Shown piece by piece: positions 25,021 to 32,810 of a stretch of 32,810 bases of DNA. The notes beneath the pieces are model-generated. The model was given only the letters and a program-made list of their open reading frames with translations, was not told where the DNA came from and did not search any database. The stretch comes from Mesotaenium endlicherianum (lineage: Eukaryota), in the NCBI GenBank assembly GCA_009602735.1, contig WELA01003305.1, positions 881,524-914,333 of the forward strand, given 5' to 3'. Every line of letters starts with the position of its first letter. Positions within the stretch are counted from its first letter, which is position 1. The position numbers and the translations under genes are program-made.

Positions 25021-25399
25021 GGCCCCCCTCTCCCTTTCTCTCGCTCCAATCTCCACCTCTTGGTTGCCTTCCAATTCGTGTAATCTGTGCCTCTCCCTCT
25101 CTCTCACTTTCTCTCACTAGTGCTGTCTTGGTCTGTCTCACACTTCTGCCTCGCTCTTTCATGCTGTTGTGGTCTAGCTTTCTCTCTCTCACTTCTCCCA
25201 CTACCTCTTGTGCTATCTTGAAATCTCCCTCTCCCTCTCCTCTCTCGCATGCTGTCTTTTCCCTCTCTGCTTGGCCGTTCTTTCTTTCTTACACTCTCTC
25301 TGGGGCCTCCTTTCAAATCAAAAATGTGCTGGCAGTCGTACCCTTCCTGTCCAATAAGTGTGGCTACTAGCACAAGAGTCGCACGGAGCATTAGCCTGC

Positions 25400-26734
25400 C
25401 TAGGAGCTGAAAAGACGGGAAAACAGGAAGTCGTGCCCCCCTTGCACGGTGTCTAGGACAGGCGCCACCTGGCAAGCGTCCTGCAGCTTCCGGTGCGCTG
25501 ATGTAGCGAGCACGGCCTCCGCCACGCGCGCCAGCCGGAACTGCAGGGCAGCTGCCTCCAGCGGGCCAATCAGGTTGAGCCGCGTGGCGGCCGACATCAC
25601 GTCACGCAGCGTCGTGAAGAGGTATGCGCGCTGAGCTGTCGGCAGCTCGCAGCCCGCCAGCGCCAGCACCACCCCCAAAATTGGCGCGTGATGCGAATGC
25701 ACCCCTGCTGCTGCCGCTCCTGCTGCTCGCGCGTCATGAGTACTCTTTTTCCTTTCCTTCTCTTCACCACCAGAGGCAGCAGTTGGCTCTGCCCTTGCAC
25801 TCATCAATCCCTCCCCTCTTTGACTGCCTGCGCTCAATTGAGCTCCCCCTCCCCCTCCCCCTCCATCTCCCCCTCCTCCTGCAACCCCAACAAGATTACT
25901 GCCACTCGCACCACCACCGCCACCACTACCACCAGCTGCGACAGCAGCAGCAGCAACAGCGGATCTATCGCGTCGGGCTGCAGCTGCTGCTGTGCCTAAG
26001 GGGGCAGCATCGGGAAGAGCTGGAGGTGCCACCTGGCGCCGCACTTTCGAGGACTGCCTGGGGGGGTTGCTCCGGGCCCTAGCCCGCATGTGCTGGAGGA
26101 GGCTCGCGTGCGGAAGCACCGCCGCCGCCACGCGCAGGAGCGCCGTGCCCTGACAGGTGGAGGCTCTCTGGGCCACGTGATTGGTCAGCATCGCCTGCAG
26201 AGCCGCGTCCAGCTGCACCCACAAGTCCACCACCTCCTCCCGCCAATCCTTCCCCTCCCCGCTTCCTGCTTCCTCTCCTCCTCTCGCTGCTCCTGCTCCT
26301 CCTCCTCCTGCTGCTGCTGCTGCTAATGCTCCTCCTCCTCCTCCTCCTCCCCTTCCTGCTCCTGCTGCTGCTGCTTTTCCTCCTCCTGGCAGATGTTTGG
26401 CAGCCGAGAGAACAAAGTCGCCGTCCTGTTCTGCTCCCTCAGCCAGAGCTGCGTGCACCGCCCGGTGCGCGGCAGACAGGAAGGGCAGGTGCAGGGAGGC
26501 GGCGTTTTCGAGCGCGGCCACGGCAAAGGCACGCAGCCCCGGGGCGTCCCTCACCAGGTGCGCCTGCATGGCGGCCTCCAGCCCGTTGCTGTGCGCGAAG
26601 CCACCTGTCGGCAGGAGCGAGTCCAGGAGCTGCCACGTGGCCCAGTCCGAGGGCAGAGCTGGCGCCTGCTGCTGCTGCTGGTGCTGCTGCACCTGCACCC
26701 TTGCTGCCGCTGCGTCTCTGCTCTTTGGATCCAT
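25400..26734 (-). CDS. ureF: urease accessory protein UreF, intronless, 444 aa with Gly/Ala-rich insertions
   Basis: WQLLDSLLPTGGFAHSNGLEAA, NHVAQRASTCQGTALLRVAAAV, HHAPILGVV, RAYLFTTLRDVMSAATRLNLIGPL and C-terminal HDFLFSRLFSS are plant-type UreF motifs. Confidence 0.95.
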   Translation of the reverse strand: MDPKSRDAAAARVQVQQHQQQQQAPALPSDWATWQLLDSLLPTGGFAHSNGLEAAMQAHLVRDAPGLRAFAVAALENAASLHLPFLSAAHRAVHAALAEGAEQDGDFVLSAAKHLPGGGKAAAAGAGRGGGGGGGALAAAAAGGGGAGAARGGEEAGSGEGKDWREEVVDLWVQLDAALQAMLTNHVAQRASTCQGTALLRVAAAVLPHASLLQHMRARARSNPPRQSSKVRRQVAPPALPDAAPLGTAAAAARRDRSAVAAAAVAAGGSGGGGGASGSNLVGVAGGGGDGGGGGGGAQLSAGSQRGEGLMSARAEPTAASGGEEKERKKSTHDARAAGAAAAGVHSHHAPILGVVLALAGCELPTAQRAYLFTTLRDVMSAATRLNLIGPLEAAALQFRLARVAEAVLATSAHRKLQDACQVAPVLDTVQGGHDFLFSRLFSS

Positions 26735-27261
26735 CTCTCTCTTCCTCCCTCTCTCCCTGTCTCTGATGTTCCTGTGTCTACCCCTCTACCTCTCGCTCTC
26801 TCCCCCGCTCCCTCCTCACCGCTGCCGGCCTGACTATCCACCACACCCCTGTCTGCCCTCGTCCGGCCCTGCTGCTGCTGCTGCCGCTGCTCTTCTTGCT
26901 CTGGAGTGCGCCTCTCCTCCTCGCCTGGCGGCTTGGCGCTGACTCATAAATGCCCATCCCGGCGCAGCCATGCTTCTTGAGCCGCCTCTGGAGTGACTCT
27001 CTCACCTCGCTCTTGCTGCAGCCCCGCCGACTTCTCGTAGAATTCAAAACACGCGTGCGAAGCCGGCGCCCGCGTGCGCTTCCCCTCACAACCGCCTCTC
27101 ACAATCTCTCCTCCTCCCGCGCCTTCTGCAACTTGTTCATTTGCAAACTCGCCCGACATTACCTTCGCTCTTTGCGCCAAAAGGATAGTGAAATATTTGC
27201 AACTCCTGCGGCTTCACTTCCAGCTTCCAGCGCCCAGCCCCCGTTCGCACTGGAGGCCACG

Positions 27262-27483
27262 TTAGAAGAGGAAATAGTTCTGGGCCAGGGGCAGAGCCTC
27301 GGCCGGGTCGCACTTCAGGGCCACCCCGTCGGCCGTCACCTCGTACGTCTCGGGGTCCACGACAATGACAGGTGTCGCGTCGTTGAGCTTCATGTGCTTC
27401 TTGGTGAGCTGGCGCACGTTCTTGATGGGCGCGATCATCTTGGCCAGCCCGTACTTGTGCGCCGTCCCGGCCGCCGCGCACGC
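27262..27483 (-). CDS. URE: urease last exon
   Basis: GAGCAG|ACAAAG...[23 protein letters not shown]...NYFLF-TAA. Confidence 0.95.
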   Translation of the reverse strand, partial: ACAAAGTAHKYGLAKMIAPIKNVRQLTKKHMKLNDATPVIVVDPETYEVTADGVALKCDPAEALPLAQNYFLF

Positions 27484-30370
27484 CTGCTCCCCCACACCCA
27501 CGGCGTTGCATTGTATTGTTACTATTGTTATTGTCTGTTTTCTGTTTGATTTGTTTTTTGGGGTTGTTTTTCAATGATGATGTTGTTAGTGGTGGTGTTC
27601 ATGTACTGTGTTGTTGTCGCTGTCATTTTCGTTTCTTCTGGATCTTTGTTTCTCTCTCGCCTTTTTCTCTCTTCTTTCTTTGGCATTACCTCTCTCATAT
27701 TGTATCCCTTGTGCCAAATATTTTTGTAACCTAGTTTTGGTTTCTCAATTTTGGGGCAAGAAGGAAGCCGCAGCTGCTGGCCTGCCTGCCTGCCTGCCAG
27801 GAAGCCCGGGCATGTTCCCTGCCTGCACAACTCCTTTAGGAGGTTCAGCTCCTCTGCAGAGCTACCTCTCCCTCTCCATACGCCTCTCACTCTCCCCGAG
27901 GCACATGCAAGCCCGCGCGCACAGCTGCTCAGACATTGAATTTGCCCCAAATACATACACATATATATGTATATATGTATATTGTACACACACATGTATA
28001 TACGTATACATATGCATATATATGTGTATATATGTATGCAGAACATCTATCTGCAAGCTGGCGCTGGTCCTTAGCGTCTCAAAGTCCTCCCTGAGCCCGC
28101 CGCCCCAATCACGCAAGCAGAATGCAGGCGCGAGCCTGTCTCTGACACTGGCTGCCAACGTCTCCTCGCAGGAGGAAGAGACGTGGAGAACGCTGGGAGC
28201 CAGGCCAGGTGGTTCATGACCAGCCACCAGATGGCACCTATCCTATTGCACAGCGGACACGCATGCGCGCGCATGTATGCCCGCACTCCCAGCCTGGCGG
28301 CACTTACTCCTTGCGGGGGGGCTTTGAGTCAGAGGGATGGGTACTCAGGGTGCACGTGGGAAGGGCGTGCAAATGGGAGAGAGACAGACTGTGCGGGCGA
28401 GCCAGCGGCTGAGAGTGCGAGTGAGCGTGCCAGGGAGGGAGTGTGCGTGCGAGAGCAAGATTGCGAGTTGAGGGCGTGAGAGTGCGAGTGAGCGAGGGAG
28501 CGAGAGAGAGAGACAGACAGGGAGTGCAAGAACAAGAAGGAGAACGAGTGAGAGTGCACGTGAGTGTGCGTGCGCAGGCGTGTACGCCAGCAAAGCGGGC
28601 GAGCAAGAGGGCGAGTGACTGAGCGAGTAAGAGTGAGATCGAGTGCGTGAGCGAGAGAGCAAGAGTGAGCCTGCACCCACCTGACTGACAAAGGCGTAGG
28701 AGTGCGGCCCCACTGCTTTCCCCAGGGCTCCAAACTGCGGCCTCATCAGCACCTGCATCCCCCACACACACAGCCAAACTCGTTGGGGATCGGGGAGTGG
28801 GATGGGACAAAAGATAGAGCACCACACGGCGAGCTTGTATGTTCTCATCCTTTCTCTTGACCCCCCCGCCTGACGCAACTTCCCCCTCGTGCACATGTGC
28901 ACGTTCTGTTCAGTCTCCTTCTCCTTTCCTTGTCACGCCTTCTCTCTTCTTTCCATGTTGTTCTTTGGTAGCAGCTCGCAGGCCCAGGCAGCGTTGCCTC
29001 CCGGACCACGTGTCTTCCCTGAGTACCTCCTCCAAAGTACTTGTAGCTATTTGAAAGCCTGCCGCTTTCAGTATCCAGGAGCATGTGGCAGAACTGCCAT
29101 CGCTGCGGCTTCCGCATTCCCCCTTGAGCACTTTCCCATGACGCCATTAAATACAAACCGACACGTCACGGATGGCACGAGGTTGAATGCGCACAAGCGT
29201 GAGCGCGTGCGCATGCACGCGTGCGTGCCTGCACGACCTCCACTTCACTTTCCAACCCCGCTCACCTCCCCCTCACTCCTACACACACACACACACACAC
29301 AGCCCAGAAGCAGCGGCCGACTGGAGAGGAGCAGCAGAAGGAGCGCTGAATGCCAGCTGGCGAGGAGCAGGCGGAGGAAGGGGGAGGGAGGTGCGCACGG
29401 GCTGCGGGGTGGGGATGCTGGCGTTGGCGTCGCCCATCTGGGCCCGCGCGATCACGCCCCCCTTGAGCACCATCTCGGGCTTGGCTCCAAAAAAGGCCGG
29501 GTCCCACAGCACCAGGTCCGCCAGCTTGCCCACCTGGCACCCCACATTAACCCACCCCCCCCCCNNNNNNNNNNNNNNNNNNNNNNNNNNNNNNNNNNNN
29601 NNNNNNNNNNNNNNNNNNNNNNNNNNNNNNNNNNNNNNNNNNNNNNNNNNNNNNNNNNNNNNNNNNNNNNNNNNNNNNNNNNNNNNNNNNNNNNNNNNNN
29701 NNNNNNNNNNNNNNNNNNNNNNNNNNNNNNNNNNNNNNNNNNNNNNNNNNNNNNNNNNNNNNNNNNNNNNNNNNNNNNNNNNNNNNNNNNNNNNNNNNNN
29801 NNNNNNNNNNNNNNNNNNNNNNNNGGGGGAGGGGGAAGGGGGGGAGGGAGGTTGGTTATGACAATTCGACGAGTTGTGGCGTCGAGGGAATACAATTTGC
29901 TACCCTGTGAAAGGAAGGTTACGGCCGGCCCCGGGCCCTGCGGCTTTGATACACGGCTGCCCGCATGTGGCATATTTGTTGCATGTGGGCACATGCATGC
30001 ACACATACAAGCGCCGAACGTGCCCTCCCGGAGAGAGCCTGCCTAGCCCAGATGCATCAAACGTGCACGAAGTTGCCAAGCAGCAGCCCAGGGAGGAAGT
30101 GGGGCAGGTGGGGAGTGGCCAGGTGGAAGATGGCCGGGTGGAAAAAGTGACCAGGTGCGGCGTACCTCGACAGAGCCGACCAGGTGCGACACCCCGTGCG
30201 CGATGGCGGGGTTGATGGTGTACTTGGCGATGTAGCGCTTGATGCGGAAATTGTCGTTGCCCGAGTCGGCGTCCTCGGGGAGCGCCCCCCGCTGCAGCTT
30301 CATCTTGTGCGCCGTCTGCCACGTCCTCGTCACCACCTGCCCACGTGGCACACCCGCACACACGCACGTG

Positions 30371-30422
<52 letters not shown>

Positions 30423-32403
30423 GCACACAAACGTGCATACATGTGCACACAAGGGAGAGTGTGATTAGAGGGGGCCTGTGCCAGATGGCAGAGAGGGCTC
30501 AACCGTGAGAGAGCGCGGAGCTGTAAAAGAGCAGGTGCATATCAGAGGGACGGAGGGGGGGGGGGGAGGGGAACAGGGAGGCCCATGCCCTGTCAGCTCC
30601 TTCCCCGCGGGGAAAGTGCGCCAAGGGGAGAAAGGGATGCAGCAGCTGCAGCAGTAGCAGCGGAGGTGGAGGCGTGGGCGTCAGGCCCAAGATGCATACC
30701 AGTAGTCACGCAAGCAGACTCGAGGCTTTGCAAAGCAATGCGGGCGTTGCGATGGCTGGAAATGACAAGACCCGAGCGTCTACCTTGCCGACGCGGCAGC
30801 CAGCCTTGGACCATAGCGCAAGGCAGAGGGGCAGGGGGCAGGGGGCAGGGAGAGGGGGGTTGCTGCTGCTGCTGCAGCATCATCATTATGAATATCAGCA
30901 GCGGCAGCAGAGGCGGGGACACCTGGCCGAGTGCACGTACCAGAAAGTACCTCAAACGGAAGGCACAAGGCTTCAGGACTAACGCACAGACGTACGCATT
31001 GAGATGACTCGAAACAGACGAGGCCGGGCGTGCATACCTCGCCGATGCGGCCCATGGACAGCACGCCGCACCACAACGCGAGGCAGGGGGCTAGGGGGGA
31101 GGGGGTTGCAGGTGCGGCATGATCATCAGGAGCAGCGGCCGCAGCAGCTGCAGAGGCGGGGGCAGAGGCGCAGGCAGGGGAGCGAGCGCATGCGCACCTC
31201 GCCGATGCGGCCCATGGCCTGCGAGTCGGACGACATCATGCTGATGGCACCGAGGTCGTGTAGGATGTCCTCGGCGCGGATGGTCTCTGCGCGGATGCGC
31301 GACTCCGCAAATGCCACGTCCTCCTTGTTGTTGCTGTCCAGGTGGTGGCACACCATCTGCGCCCGTGGCCCCCCCCGCCCCCCCCCNNNNNNNNNNNNNN
31401 NNNNNNNNNNNNNNNNNNNNNNNNNNNNNNNNNNNNNNNNNNNNNNNNNNNNNNNNNNNNNNNNNNNNNNNNNNNNNNNNNNNNNNNNNNNNNNNNNNNN
31501 NNNNNNNNNNNNNNNNNNNNNNNNNNNNNNNNNNNNNNNNNNNNNNNNNNNNNNNNNNNNNNNNNNNNNNNNNNNNNNNNNNNNNNNNNNNNNNNNNNNN
31601 NNNNNNNNNNNNNNNNNNNNNNNNNNNNNNNNNNNNNNNNNNNNNNNNNNNNNNNNNNNNNNNNNNNNNNNNNNNNNNNNNNNNNNNNNNNNNNNNNNNN
31701 NNNNNNNNNNNNNNNNNNNNNNNNNNNNNNNNNNNNNNNNNNNNNNNNNNNNNNNNNNNNNNNNNNNNNNNNNNNNNNNNNNNNNNNNNNNNNNNNGGGG
31801 GGGGGGGGATTGTTGTGCACAAACACGCACCAGCATATCGAGGTGCTCGTCGATGGTGTTGGTGGTGTAGGGCCGCGTTGGGTTGGTGGACGACGGCAGC
31901 ACGTTCATCTCGCTGCAGATCTTTATGATGTCGGGCGCATGGCCCCCGCCCGCTCCCTCGCTGCGTCGCTCGCAACGCGCACTCACACACACGCACCCAG
32001 GCACACGCACACGCAACACGCATCATACGAAGGCGTGCGAGTTTGTCAGAAATAGTACAATGCTCTGTATGCCACAGAAGTCAAATATGTAATTATGTAC
32101 ATGTATGTATCTACACGTGTACATCTTACAAGTATATATATATATATATATATGTATCTCTGTGATGTATGTGTTTAGAGGAATATACACAGTGGGAGCC
32201 TGGAGGTAAACATAGCACGCCAAGAAGGGACCATGCTGAGCCACCCGCGGAGAATCTCGGACAAAAGGGGAGCTGGAGGGGGGAGGGGGGAGGGGGGAGA
32301 GGGCAACCCACCTGTGGTAAGTGTGGATGGTGCGGCCCTTGAAGGCGGCGATGGTGTGCTCCACGCACGACGACTCATTCAGCGTGTCCGTGTGAATTGT
32401 CAC
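27262..32403 (-). CDS. URE: urease (plant-type single chain), 3' part only, 7 exons encoding 326 aa; 5' exons lie beyond the window end
   Basis: Exons 32312-32403, 31831-31960, 31198-31356, 30166-30336, 29399-29533, 28681-28752 and 27262-27483 join in frame. Ni-site and flap motifs [29 protein letters not shown] and SSDSQAMGR. Canonical C-terminus [10 protein letters not shown]. Confidence 0.97.
28681..28752 (-). CDS. URE: urease exon
   Basis: [35 protein letters not shown]. Confidence 0.93.
29399..29533 (-). CDS. URE: urease exon
   Basis: [31 protein letters not shown]...[18 protein letters not shown]. Confidence 0.95.
29565..29824. other. assembly gap inside a urease intron
   Basis: N run between a poly-C tract and a G-rich tract (plus strand). 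Confidence 1.
30166..30336 (-). CDS. URE: urease exon
   Basis: [18 protein letters not shown]...[21 protein letters not shown]...GSVE|GTACGC. Confidence 0.96.
30358..30430. repeat. (CA)n microsatellite, read as (GT)n on the transcript just upstream of a urease acceptor
   Basis: Directly visible. Similar tracts at 22519-22560, 24570-24595 and 29281-29300. Confidence 0.9.
31198..31356 (-). CDS. URE: urease exon (flap Cys, catalytic Asp)
   Basis: CGCAG|MVCHHLD...[11 protein letters not shown]...[18 protein letters not shown]. Confidence 0.96.
31387..31796. other. assembly gap inside a urease intron
   Basis: N run between poly-C and poly-G (plus strand). Confidence 1.
31831..31960 (-). CDS. 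URE: urease exon
   Basis: [19 protein letters not shown]...[29 protein letters not shown]. Confidence 0.96.
32312..32403 (-). CDS. URE: urease exon (first one within the window)
   Basis: [43 protein letters not shown]. Confidence 0.96.
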
Positions 32404-32810
32404 CTGTGCTCCCCCCCCCCCCACAAAAAAGAAGAGCCCAAGCCCCCACAGGCACACGTACACGTACGCGAGCAAGCACGCACAAGTACGCACGCGTGTG
32501 GGCATGCATGAGCACGTGCGAGTGCGGGTGTCCAAACATCCATCATCCGCGACACTTGCACTCCCACGGGTCTGCCATGAGGCGGAAGACGGCGGTGAGA
32601 GAGTTGGAAGAAGCGCACATGCACGTGTGCAGCCGACGGAACCACACCTTCTCCTGCACTCTCTCCTGCGCTCTTCCCGGGGAACCCCAAGTGGACCCCA
32701 ACACACGCTGGAGCCTCAGACTGAAAGCGTCAACTCAGAGACTCTGCTCGTGGGCCCCTCGTCCCAAGCCTCCATCTTATCTCTCACCCCCTCGCAAAAC
32801 CCCCCCCCCC

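Noticed and set aside
26181..26942. 253 aa plus-strand ORF and other antisense ORFs over the cluster
   Set aside because: Shadow ORFs of GC-rich coding sequence and triplet repeats.
25021..27264. Urease-UreF-UreD fusion protein by stop readthrough
   Set aside because: The ORFs are in different frames and each ends at its conserved C-terminus.
29565..31796. Urease exons hidden in the N gaps
   Set aside because: The flanking exons join without missing residues (DML|MVCHH and GSVE|VGKLAD).
21231..32403. Recent horizontal transfer of a bacterial ure operon
   Set aside because: The sequences carry plant-type motifs, URE and UreD have many spliceosomal introns, and there is no ureE.

Overview
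Eukaryotic nuclear DNA with spliceosomal GT-AG introns, GC-rich exons, microsatellite-rich introns and three N gaps. The plant-type proteins suggest a green alga, probably a streptophyte (inference). The right third (21.2-32.4 kb, minus strand) holds a compact co-oriented urease cluster: the last seven exons of a plant-type urease, an intronless UreF 527 nt downstream, and a six-exon UreD 379 nt further on. The short purine-rich spacers raise the possibility of operon-like or polycistronic expression. The urease introns are unusual in being C-rich after the donor and G/GT-rich before the acceptor. The left two-thirds is mostly repeat and transposon debris: a frameshifted Replitron-type HUH (Y1) transposase with candidate short terminal direct repeats, a ~1.5 kb tandem duplication, an LTR-like segment, a decayed gag-like ORF with a CCHC knuckle, two oppositely oriented GTAC-rich minisatellite arrays, and a truncated exon of an At2g34460-like NAD(P)-binding protein.
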